From Oikopleura dioica (Eukaryota; Animalia; Chordata), in assembly GCA_907165135.1 (NCBI GenBank), contig OU015567.1, positions 14,570,001-14,634,000 of the forward strand: 64,000 bases of DNA, in the 5' to 3' direction. Position 1 is the stretch's first letter. Each line of letters begins with the position of its first letter. Positions 35,650 to 47,327 of the stretch are shown in pieces. Both the position numbers and the translations under genes were made by a program. The notes under the pieces are model-generated. The model saw only the letters and a program-made list of their open reading frames with translations. It made no database searches and had not been told where the DNA came from.

Positions 35650-38600
35650 ATGTCAAAAAAGGCGAAAGCCTTAGATAAGTCGCCGAAATCGAAAGTGGCA
35701 TCGAAAAAACAAGCCCAGAAGAAAGCGTCTTCGATTACAAAATGGGGAGTCGGTTGTTTTCTTCTCGCCCTGGTCAGTGGTTTGCTGAATAAATTCCATG
35801 TGGAAGTCTTGTTTGAAAACGAAAAGCACTTTTCGCATCTGTCGACGATGGAGCGCGATATGGCCTTTCGAACAGAAATGGGGCTGTATTACTCTTACTA
35901 CAAGGTTTGTTTTCAGTAAAAATTCTATCCTAAATATTCATTGATTACAGGACATGGTCGACGCAGAATCTTGGTGGGCCGGCTTCAATGGAATGATCAA
36001 TGACGACGTCAGCGAGCATCCAAAAACCATCAATGTTCTCAAACGGTTCAACCTTTGGCCGGAGCTTTTCTGGGGCACTGTGAAGCGCGTTTACAACCAC
36101 GTGACCAAAACGCTCAAAATCAAGACCCAGGATTGCTGGCAAATCAACCGTGGTGAAGGCAAGACGCCCGTTCAAAGCTGCGAAGGTCTAGGAGATGATC
36201 ACTACTTCTATATCTGGCCGATTTGGTGGCTGACTGGCTTCTTGATGTTTGGCGTGTTCGTTTACGGTAAGATACCCTTTCAAAAGGGCCACGATTATTA
36301 TCATGAATTAGGCGCAACTGTGTCCGAAAGTCTCTGGGGTGGCATCATTTCTGTCTGCTGCTACTTTTTCAACCATGGCGAAGCGACGCGTGTCATGTGG
36401 ACTCCGCCACTCCGCGAGAGCTGGTCCTTTCCCTTCCTCATCATTCAACTTTTACTCGTTACGAAAATCATCAAAGCTCCATCCACCAGTTCATGCTTGT
36501 TTATTCCCCTTGTCGTGCTCACTTCGCTATTTATGATCACTTGGCAATTTGCGCAGTTTGCCCTGCTCACTCAGGTAGAAAATAATAGATTGTCAGTGTT
36601 GACCTCTCATAATGATTTGATTCGTAATTTATTTGGGATACGCGTTTCGGCGACTATTGTGCCTTCATCAGTCCCTAGTACAGATATAAATTTCACAGCT
36701 CAGAAAAAAGAAAGAATACTCTCACCTAGAGTTGGACAATTTCGAATGAGATAGAAAGTTGAAAACAAAAGATGAAAACTCGCTTTCGCGGCAGATGTAA
36801 TGGAGCGCCAGAGAAAGCGAGTTTCATTCCTATGTTCTTCCACACTTTGAGGTGTCCAAAATTCAGGGAACTCTTTGACAAATATTTAAGTGAGCCAGAC
36901 ACTCCTAAATACAAACCTACGACTTCTAGAGCTAGAATTAAAACAAATTTCTGCTTCAAACACAAACTCGTTTCTGTTATCTCCAATCAACCGTACTACA
37001 AAGACCGTACTCTATGTGAAGCGTTTTCAATCAAATTAAAAGATCCAAGCTTAAATAAGCAGATCAAGTTCGCTGAAGTTAAATTTCTGTAATGGAGCAT
37101 TTGAAACTCGCTTTCTCTGGCGCTCCATTACATCTGCCGCGAAAGCGAGTTTTCATCTTTTGTTTTCAACTTTCTATCTCATTCGAAATTGTCCAACTCT
37201 AGGTGAGAGTATTCTTTCTTTTTTCTGAGCTGTGAAATTTATATCTGTACTAGGGACTGATGAAGGCACAATAGTCGCCGAAACGCGTATCCCAAATAAA
37301 TTACGAATCAAATAGAAAATAATAACTTGAATTACGAGATTAAACATATTCTAAGACGGCATCCGTTATGGCTACTTACTTGCTGGGCTTCATTGGCACC
37401 GGCAAAATGAGTCTCATCGTCAAAGGCCAGGCAGCAGCTCTAGCAATCAATTACGTTCTTCAATGTGGAAATTCTATGCTCCTTACTTCGTTCTTCGCGT
37501 CTTCTCTTCTATCTGTAAATTTTAATTGAGTATCAATTAGCTTCTATTTCTTTCTCAGGTCATTATTCTCCTTCACTTCGACAGCAAGTTCGAAAAGCTC
37601 AACATCTTCCTGCGAATCCCAATTTGGCTCGTCCTCTGGGTTGCCGGCACCCTCTCAATCAAATATGCAATCGCCTCCGCTTTGCAAGTCACCGATGATT
37701 CGCATATCTTCGACATCTTCCGTGCAAAGTTTTCGACATACAAGAACTTCCACACTCAGCTCTACACATGTGCGAAAGAATTCGACTTCTTGGAGTGGGA
37801 AACTGTCGAGAAACTGACAAAAACTGCTTTGATTCCTGCTGTCGTTGCGGTTTTAGTTGTTTTAGGAACGACTATTTTATACAGGTAAATTTTCTGAAAA
37901 TGCTTCCATTGACCGTTTTTGAAGAGAATACTCCTGGTGGAAAAACCCTGAGTCTACTCCAGCAGAAGTTGTATCCACTGGCTCCGAAAAGTCAAAGCCG
38001 CTAGCCGCGGAACTCTACACATGCATCCAGGGCCTTGCTTTCACAAGTTTAGCAATTATGATCATGCGTCTCAAGCTTTTCATGACTCCGCAGCTCTGCA
38101 TTGTTGCCAGGTATATCCTCACTTTCAGATCATTTTTCAACTATTTCCCAGCCTTCTCGCCTCTCAGAAAGTCTTTTCTTTCATTCCCCGTGAGCGCCAA
38201 GTGTCTCTTCTTATTCTTTTCCTCGCTATTGGTGGCTTCACCGGTGTCAGTAACATTCAAACGCAATGGGGCAAAATCGGCGAGTACGAAAACCCGCAGC
38301 AAGAAGACCTCCTCGAGTTCATCCGCGATTCCGGTAAAATTGCCAAGGATGCTGCTTTTGCTGGTTCGATGCCAACCATGGCCACGGTTAAGCTAGTCAC
38401 GAAGAGAAAAATTGTCAACCACCCGCATTACGAAGACACCGAGCTAAGAGAAAGAACCTATCAAGTCTACACGATGTTTTCAAGACGACCAGCAGAGGTA
38501 ATCTTTTTCCTTCTTTCAGACAACTCATTTTTTCTTAAGCTTGTGCACAAAGCCCTAATGGACTTGCAAGTCGACTACTTCATCCTCGAAGAAGGCTGGT

Positions 38601-38782
38601 GCGTGCGCGGAAAGGGCACACCATGCTCCCTAGCAAACATGTACGATATCGAAGATGTAGAATTCCGAGGCAATGAAGCTGTCTGTCACGCTATTCACAA
38701 AGACCCCGCTCCCTATTTCAAGCGCATCTTCAGAAACCCAACGTATCACATCTTAGAGGTGGTCAAAAATCCCAAAGTTTAA
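35650..38782 (+). CDS. DPY19L: DPY19-like C-mannosyltransferase, multi-exon
   Basis: [75 protein letters not shown] and [13 protein letters not shown]. Confidence 0.95.
36635..36675 (-). ncRNA. Minimal hammerhead ribozyme (inverted copy)
   Basis: Exact reverse complement of 37253-37293. Confidence 0.85.
37253..37293 (+). ncRNA. Minimal type I hammerhead ribozyme
   Basis: GGGA-CTGATGA-A-GGC(acaatagtc)GCC-GAA-ACGCGT-A-TCCC: stem I, conserved core with an extra A, stem II, palindromic stem III and a GUA cleavage triplet (predicted cut after 37289). Confidence 0.85.
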
Positions 38783-39046
38783 TAAAGTGTTCCACGAAAA
38801 TGAAAAAAATGCTGTTCTGAAATGCTAAAAATCCTAGATTTTTCCGTACTGACCTTTCAATGCCTTCCAACTTTATGAAATTTCTGACTTCCCAAACTTG
38901 TGCTTCCTTTATTTATTACACTGACACGGAGAGATGCAATAAACCTAAAATGTGCCTGAATTGGAATTGAATGATTGGATTTCACATTCAATGGTTCTTC
39001 CTTCATAATTTCTTTATTTATAAGCTCGAATGTATAATAAGAATAT

Positions 39047-40505
39047 CTAGTTCCAGTTGAATGGGTTTGTCAGTGGTTTTAGCGGCTTGGGTCCCGCCCA
39101 AAGTCCTCGCATCATCAATTGCCAGTAGATAAAAGGTATCGCTGCTTTCTACAAAGATAAAAAAGTTCGGATGAAAGTGAGCGTTGTATCAAAATTACCT
39201 TTGTCAGGTACATAGAGTAGCGATTCTTTCCCTGATTCAAAAATGTAGATTCCATCACTTCGCCGCCAAAGCCGAACTCGGCCATTATACACGTGTTTTG
39301 ACTCGTTACCAACGGACAGCTAAGGTGTTTTAGTATGTAAAAGAACATAAACTAGTACCTAGTGTAACCGTCGTAATCTTCACTAAATTTTTCTTTATTG
39401 AAAAATTTCTCCAAGTTCTCACAAAGAATAGCGTGTTGAGAAGTAATTGCAGCAGCAGTTTTCGACGTTTGGATAGAAGTACAGTCGCCGACACCAAAAA
39501 TGTTTTCGTAAACAGTGTGCTGTAAGCTTTTTTCATTTACAGACACCCATCCAGCAGCGTCAGTAAGTTGCGACTCATCGTCGCGGAAGAGTTTTAGCGG
39601 CCGCTGGTTCGGAGTTATATGCAGGAAGTCGTAATTTGTTTCGTACATTTCTCCATCCGCTTTTTTGAACTTTGCCAGATTGCTCAAATGATCCACTTCG
39701 ACCAAAGTGTGTTGTCGATTCAAGTTCACTTTCTCCGATTCCACCAGTTTCATCAACGCTTCGGCGTATTTCGGCACACCGAAAATGACAGGCAAAAATG
39801 TATTGAACTCAAGCTCGTATTTTCCAACAGAAGAGTCGTTTTTCCAAATGTCATTGGCGATCCACATGATCTTCTGAGGGGCACCAGGGCATTTGATCGG
39901 CATTGGGGGAAAAGTAAAGACTGCTTTTCCTCCTTTGAAGCTCTTGATTGCTAATTGAAATGGTTCTACATTAGGGGCCATCTAGGAGCGCATTTTTGAT
40001 CTGCGTGAACCACTCTCCTGGGAAGGTCTTGAGCACGTAAGCCGGCGAATAATTCGAGCAAACCTTCAAATCTTCCTTGAGTGCTTCTTTAGCGCCTTCC
40101 ACCCCGGCATAATTCAGCTCCAGCCCAGTTGCCAAGACAAGTGCATCGTAGTTCAGCGTGCTTCCGTTCTCTAGAGTTATTTTGTTGTCTGCGGGTTGGA
40201 AAGAAGCGACGTTTTCTTTGACATGAGTGGCCGATTTCGGCAACAAGGATGAGATCGGTTTGCCAGAGTCGGAAAGATTGAACTGACCACCGCCGACGAG
40301 AGTCCAAAGGGGCTGGTAGTAGTGCGTTTCTGCCCGGTCAACAACCTGAAATAGAAAAAACAAGTCCCGGGAAATGACTTACTGTGATGTCATAATGCCC
40401 TTTTCTTGCCAGCCTAGCGGCTGTAGACATTCCACCGCTTCCAGCACCGACAATGACGACTTTCGGCCTCAGTGTTTTCGCAATGTTCAGCGTGGATAAC
40501 TTCAT
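39047..40505 (-). CDS. SQOR: Sulfide:quinone oxidoreductase, multi-exon
   Basis: VVIVGAGSGG, HYYQPLWTLVGGG, FTFPPMPIKCPGAPQKI, GDCTSIQTSKTAAA, YDGYT|SCPLVT and YWQLMMRGLWAGP. Confidence 0.95.
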
Positions 40506-41463
40506 TTTTCTCTATTTTTCTACCCGCTCCTTTGATTTTCTCCACTCGATGACTTTATAACTCTTCTCTAGGGTGCGCCCTAAAAGACAAATTCCAACAA
40601 GACAGTCTGCAAAAAACACACAGAAGATTCCAGAAGCCTCCGGGCGAATCGAAGCTCAGGAAAATCAACGAAGAGTACTGTAAATGGCAAAATCGTAAAA
40701 TCGTCTCGTAAAATCGCGAAAAAAGGCTCTAGATTAGAGAAACATTGACTGTTTTGGCTGTTTGATTTGGTCAGTTTTGTGTGTTTAGTTTGCGTCCAGC
40801 ACGATTTTTTTTTTTGAGGCGCGAGGTGGGCGGATCCTCTGGAGATATTTTCATAAAGAATGAGCCAGAGGAAATTTGTACCTCTCCCTGAAACAGAGGC
40901 GATGCCGGAAGTCAGAAAAGAGATTCTTTTGTTACGAGGGCCGTCTGGCTCGGGAAAGAGCACGCTAGGGACAAGGTTAAACTCCAAGTTCGCACCCTAA
41001 TCTCCCATCACACCCACTTGGACTTTTGAAAAGTGGGTTTCGAAATTACCAATTTGGAAATATGATCCATCTTAGTTGTCCCGCTTTATTATCTCATAAA
41101 AATCTGATCTTCTATTCTTCTTATTTTAACCTTTCAAAAGCACGACAGTTCCAGTCCGATTTTTCACGCAAAAAGCTCCGCGTCGCACTCTTATCCGCCG
41201 ATGATTTCTTCATGAAAAACGGCCAGTATTGTTGGGACCCTAAAAAGCTCTCGCTGGCGCATTCTAATTGCAGGTTTCGATTTTGATTAATAATATATTG
41301 AGTAAAGAAGGTTTTTACTAAAGAGAACGAGTGCGGCGAGCCATGGAAAATGGGCTCGATAGAATATTAGTAGATAATACAAATATGAAGGATCAAGGAT
41401 ATTAAACGCTCTTCAAGCAAAGGAATTATATAATTTTAAATATCCTTGTGAAAGATAATAGAA

Positions 41464-42046
41464 ATGGTGCCATATGCAAAGCTCGCGCTGGAATTCAAGT
41501 ATTTCATCAGAATTGAAGAAGTAGCCCTTCCAAAAGGCTTTAAAAATTGGTACGGGATGATTCCAGTTCTCGAGGAAAGAAATGCGCATAATGTAAATGG
41601 CGAAATTCTAAAACGGCAAATCGGCAACTTCGAGAAATGTACAGTTAGCCAGCTTGTCAAAGCAGCCAGGAACGGCTCACTATTTTAATTTCCTTCGGAA
41701 GACCCCCGTACTAATGATCAAATTCTTGAGCTTTTGCAGAAACCCAGGCGACGCGAGGTCGAATCCTCAGAGTCCACCTCCAGCCGATAGAAACAACAAC
41801 CTTTCAAATCAACCCTCAACCTCAACTTCCTCAAGTCCCTCTACGACCGGTCTCTTCGGAAAAAACTACGAAAAACTCGTTTTATACTGCGAAAAAAACA
41901 AAATGCGGCTGGAAATTGACTCTCAGGAAAATAATATAACTGTGCTGAAACTTTCCTATCCAAGAGTCAAGCCCATTTTTGAACGATTGTTCAAAGGGAA
42001 CTCAGTCGAAAACGCTGCAAACAACACACTCCAGCAAATTCAATAA
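41464..42046 (+). CDS. Hypothetical multi-exon gene; C-terminal segment may be a degenerate dsRBD
   Basis: ORFs 41464-41688 and 41654-42046. The end reads NYEKLVLYCEKNK...FKGNSVENAANNTLQQI. Confidence 0.3.
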
Positions 42047-42115
42047 ATTCTATTCTTCAACACACAAGTGGTGGCTCAAGTACTTTTTCACGTATCCATT
42101 ACACTCTCCCGGGGG

Positions 42116-44972
42116 CAGGGGTGGATATTTTGATATCAAACCAGTTTTTCAAAACTGTCGAATCATTTATTTCATCGTTTCAAAATTTGAAATTTCAATT
42201 GAAATTGCAGGAAAAAGCCGATGAAATGACTGAAATCTATTGAAAATGAAAAAAAAGCGTTTTCAAAAGATAAAGCTTCGTGCGGAGTTTTGAAATGAAT
42301 TTGAAACTGCAATAATTGACATTTCAATCAGTTTTTCTTGTTTAGCGACTTGAAAAGAATTTGAAAAATGTAATTGAAAAAATGAATCGTTGCAAATTTG
42401 AAGAAGGCGCAGAAGGAAAAACTCAGCGCGCCTGCCATCCCTTTTTGACTCCCGCATTTCCCAAAATCCCGTATTTTTAAAATCCTAAATTTCTGAAAAT
42501 CCCGTATTTCTCAAATCGCCAATTTAGGATTCTGCCGATTCAGGATGATGGGAAATGCGAGATTTTTTTTTCTTTTGAGTTAGTTGCTTCACCAAATTTT
42601 CATTTATTTATCATATAACTTTATTTTCTTGGCTTCTCCACCGCTAATCCCGGCTTCACCAACTTTCATCCCGGTTTCAAAAACTTCGATCCTCGCTTTA
42701 CATACGTCAATCCTGGTGGCTCAAACATCAATTCGGGCGTCACTTTCTTCAATCCTAGCTTCTCAGATGCCAGTCCCGGCTTCTCAGTTCTCTATAATTG
42801 CTTCTTGAATATCGATCATGGCTTCTCCAAGATTAGGTTGGCGTTGGTAAAACCTAGATTGAAACTAATGAAGCCGGGATTGACGTCGAAGAACCTGGGA
42901 TTGACATTAGTGAAGCTATGATTGAAGTCGGTGAAGCTAGTTTGAAAAGTCACAAATTTTGACTGAGCATGAGCACGGCTGAGCACGGAGAGCTCAAATT
43001 TTGGCCTTGAGCCTGAGCACAATTGAGCATCAGCGTGCTCAAATTTGCTGAATAGGAGCACGACTGAGCAACGGCGTGCTCAAATTTAGCTGAGCCTGAG
43101 CATGATTGAGCACCCGCCTGCTCGAATTTCGATGAGCCTGATCACGCTGAGCATGCTCAATGCTCATGCTCAGAGCATGCTCAGGCAATCTTGCCACATA
43201 AAAGAATAAATAACTCAAGTTTTCAATTAGAACCATAAATAAACTAAAAACCAAGAGAATTTAGATTTTTGAAACGATGGGTGTGGGTTGGGTTGGGGAC
43301 AAAACTGAAATTGATTATCACAGTGTTCCAAGCCTTTGTCAAGCCCCAAAAATCAAGGAACGGGGCTGAGACGGCCCACGCTCAGACTTTTCAAACCCTG
43401 GCTAGGATTGAAGAAATTATTCCAATTTTCGTCGAAAGAATGGTGAGCTGAGCGAACGGCCGCGCGGTCGACCGCTCAAAATTTTTGATTTTTCTGTAAG
43501 AAGTGTTTTGAACAATTATTTCTAATAATTTCTTTTATTATTTTCTTCATTTACTCACCAAAAACACTAAAGAAAGTGTTGACTTACCGCTCAACCGCTC
43601 ACTGATCTCAAGTTGAGCGAGCGGCTGAGCGGTCTTAAGAAATGACGGTAATGCTGAGCGAGCTGACGGGCCGCTCATTCCTTTACCTTTCGACAACAAA
43701 CACCGACGACAATGTGTCATATATGACACATCTCCTTCACTGGCCTCTAGACTCTAGAGTCTAGAGGCAATTAAAGAAACCAAAATTAGACTCTGGAGTC
43801 TGGAACAGAATTCAAGCCTCAACTGTAACCCGAACTCGAACCTAGGGTCGGCGCCGACCATCGACCAAATCGACATTGTCGGGTGTCGGGTCGGGTTCTG
43901 GTCGGACCGACCCGACCCGACATTGAGATTTGTCGTTGGTCGGTCGATGGTCGGGTTTTTGTCGGGTCTGTGGTCGGTTTTCGCTCATTCTCGGGCATGT
44001 TTTCTGACATAAATTCACTTCTGTTATTCGATAATATTTTCATATTTTAATGTCACTAGCGCCAAACCATTTAGAATTTAGGACATTTATAAAATCGAAA
44101 GTTTCATAACCCCCATCTTTCGATTTTGAAGCTTTTTCATCATTCTCATTGGTTAAAAAAAACCGACCACCGACCCGACCAAAAGGCCGACTCGAAAAAG
44201 TCTGCTCAGCTCAGTTACCTCCGAAATAGGCCAGCTCCGCTCAGCTCAGAGAACTTTTTACTCGGGTCAGCTTAGCTCAGCTCAGCAAAAATAAAGCAAA
44301 ATTTGCAACTCTGCAGATAAGGGCCCTATCTTTTTAAAAAGCATTAGCTGAGCTAAGATAGCGGAGCTGAGAGGAAAGTTTAGCTGAGCGTAGCGGAGCT
44401 GGCGAAAATTTATTTGGCCGTAGCAGAGCTGGTCAGAATTTTCTTCACTGTAGCTGAGCAAAAACTTTTTTTCCGTAGCGGAGCCGTCAGCTCCGCTATC
44501 TCCGCTACGCAAATTTGCAACTGTGGCCCCACATGTCCCAGTGTGTAGCTCAGTCTATGACGGTAATTTTGAGCGCAAGAATTCCTTGTCCCGGAAGGTC
44601 TAGGAGGTGGAAAGTTCGGGAAGGCGACCAAAAATTGGTACTTTTGAAGAAAATTTTGCTTTTTTCTATAATTTATGAGTCTCACTTCACTTTTTATACC
44701 TCTTCAACGCATTGTGTCCTCCAGTGTCCTCCAAGGCTCAGCAATTTGAAATTGATTTGAAAAATGAAAAAAGATTGAAAAATCTGTCCAGGTTTGAAAA
44801 CCTTTCGCAAAATGCAAAATGAAACAGTTGAAAATTTCAAAAAAGGCTTGGCGTCATTATCATTTGAAATAAATTTGCAATTGCGAAAATGAGTTGAAAA
44901 AAGGATTATCTTTTGAAATTTCAAATCAAAAACGGTTGAAATAATGATTTGATATCAAAATATCCACCCCTG
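42116..44972. mobile_element. Non-autonomous hAT-type element filled with nested repeats
   Basis: TIR caggggtggatattttgatatcaaa at both ends, a perfect 8-bp TSD cccggggg (42108-42115 and 44973-44980), and ttgaaa/tttcaa subterminal repeats. No transposase ORF. Confidence 0.88.
42631..42945. repeat. Degenerate 21-bp minisatellite in two opposed blocks
   Basis: Units resemble ggc ttc acc aac ttt aat ccc. About 10 are on + (42631-42840) and about 5 on - (42835-42945). Confidence 0.7.
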
Positions 44973-47327
44973 CCCGGGGGAAGCGAACTTGCCCTTGGGC
45001 CACAGTCGAGCTTCACGCTCGGGCACATTCCTAAACGAGCACTTTTCTCACAAAATTTTCCCACTTGAGCGCGTTTTCAGTGGCATATATGTTCGACTAT
45101 TGTTCAGTTAATGGAGAGTGGAAGTTTTTAGAGCTACTCCAAGTAACTACTCGGATGTCGCCAAAATTCTTTTTTTTTTGTGGAACTTATCGAATACCAC
45201 GGTAGTCATCATTGACAGTTTATTCAGTAATAACGTCAAAGAATGAAATTCTTATTTTTACAAGAATCAAATCCTTTAATGGAGCTCAAAAAGCATGAAG
45301 GCATAAAATTGTTAATCCTCCCTTTTATGAATCATAATCACGATTTCTACCTATTTAGCGGCGGATCAAAGCGCCGCCCCTAAACGAGGCTTCTAGGGTT
45401 TGCCTTAGAATTAAGGAGGTCACCATCGACGGTGCACCTGACGACTTATTCTAGCGCAGCTTATCAATCTCGACCATCACTTGAAAATATTTAAGCTTAT
45501 CGCATCAGCAGATCGCATTTTAGGGTGCCAGTTTCGGGAAATTGCAGCAACGCAGATAACGGCACCAAGAAATTACGATTTGGGGTCGTAACTTCGAATT
45601 TCAGACAATATAAAATCATGGGAATATATTTTCCCAGCGCTGAATCGATGAAATCAAGGAAGAAAAAAAATGTATTAATTAAAAAACGAAGATATTTTTC
45701 TTTATCTAAATAAATCATTTTCTAATAAAGAAATAGCAATAGTCAAATATTATCAAATTTCCTTTGAGTCTTCAACTTTCCATGAGAGCGAGTAAATTGC
45801 TCTTGATCTGCTATTTTCTCGGTCCTTTGATGCTATTTTTATTTTGGCTCAGGCGTTGAGCTCCTATCCAGGGATTTTTTGAAGTTAATAATAAATTTCC
45901 CCTTTGTTTATAAAATCCCAGCGAAAATTAATTGACGATTTGTGAAATTACGCAAAAATTGCCCCTCCCTGTGAAGTGCAATTCGTAAAAGAAAAATAAA
46001 TTTAGTCTTCCCAAGGCGACTCACGTGATTGATTGGCTGAGGATAATCTTGGAGGACGACGTTTTCTCAGATTATTATTAACTTTCGGTTGTTTATGAAT
46101 CAGGTTATGATATTCTGGGAACAGAAAAGTATTAAAATATTCTCATATAAAACTAGAACTCTGATGATTCGGAATCAAAGGGCCCAATTTATCTTCATAG
46201 GCCAATATTTCCTAGATAAAATATTAGCAGAAGCTGAATACTACATAGTCCGTACTCATCAAAGTTCTGAGCAAATTCTGGGCGATTATATTTGTGTATA
46301 AAACCTGGCAGGCAATTACTGGCTATTCAATAAAGGAATTTCCACTTCTTTGAAGGTCCCATTAGTTTTATTTATATCAAAACTTGGCTCTTTCATAAAT
46401 TTATGACGCAAAATTGCTTTGATGTCGCTTTCGATAAAAGAATAAATAATTTATTTATGATAATAATTCTGGAACTAACCGTCGAACTTTTTGATAAATT
46501 TCTTCGAATAAAATATATTGAGGGTTGATAAGCCGTCTATTTTCCAGTGAGTAGCTGAAGACAAAGACCAGGAAAATCGCCGCAAAGGGTCTATCTGTAG
46601 TTGGGATCTGGCGACTTTTTCGTAAAAGGTTGAATGATCCCACAGGCGGAGATAACAAACGAGCGCCAGTTGGATAAACCCTCGTTTTTGTTACGCGGCG
46701 GGTGATCAAGAAACGATTTTGAAAAAGGGGATTTTGAAAAAAGTTATTTTTATGCTTCAAATTATGAAAATCACGGTTTCTCGACCAGTCTTGTTCAAAA
46801 TATATTTGATAAGGAAATATTTTTTATCAAATTTAAAGCTCATCACTCCTTGCTGGAGAAAATTAAACTCCTTGGGATCATTCTCGCGTAATTATTTTAT
46901 GATTCTGTAACTAAATATAATCTTCAGTGTCTTCAGTGAGGCATGAAACAATTAAGTTTCGAAATATCTTCAGCGATTTAATCGAATATACCGTCAAGCG
47001 TTTCAGGATTAAACTCGACAAGTTAACCAATGCGTTGTTCACCTGAGGGCCACTTCCAAGAATTCGTCGATGGAGTTGAAGATGGTCGAGGAAGTTAACC
47101 TCGAGCAGCTGTGATACGCTCTCGCGATAAACGGAGAAGGGGCGCTATTCCTGAAAACTGAGGAATCAGCGCGGCCGGCGGGTGGCGCTGCCCGTTCTAT
47201 ATTCCCTCGTAAAATGTTGAATGTGGAAATCACTTAGCAAGTTACTCCTCCTCGCTCGGTTAATCGAGAGAAACGAATCGTGAACAAATTATAACCGCCA
47301 AGTGTGAGAACAACCCGTAACGCAGCA

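Larger units (their letters stand above)
36588..37313. mobile_element. Truncated Penelope-like retroelement with inverted pseudo-LTR arms, inside a DPY19L intron
   Basis: Perfect 212-bp inverted arms (36615-36826 and 37102-37313) flank the C-terminus of a GIY-YIG endonuclease ([20 protein letters not shown]). An 11-bp TSD agaaaataata is at 36577-36587 and 37314-37324. Removing the insertion restores a 44-nt intron. Confidence 0.88.

Noticed and set aside
36772-36826. N-terminus [18 protein letters not shown] of the 106-aa ORF as real GIY-YIG sequence
   Set aside because: These codons lie in the inverted arm (antisense pseudo-LTR). Only 36827-37092 is endonuclease-derived.
40569-40999. TAGGGTGCG...CGCACCCTA as a hAT MITE upstream of SQOR
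   Set aside because: The inverted match is only 9 bp, does not extend, and has no matching 8-bp TSD.
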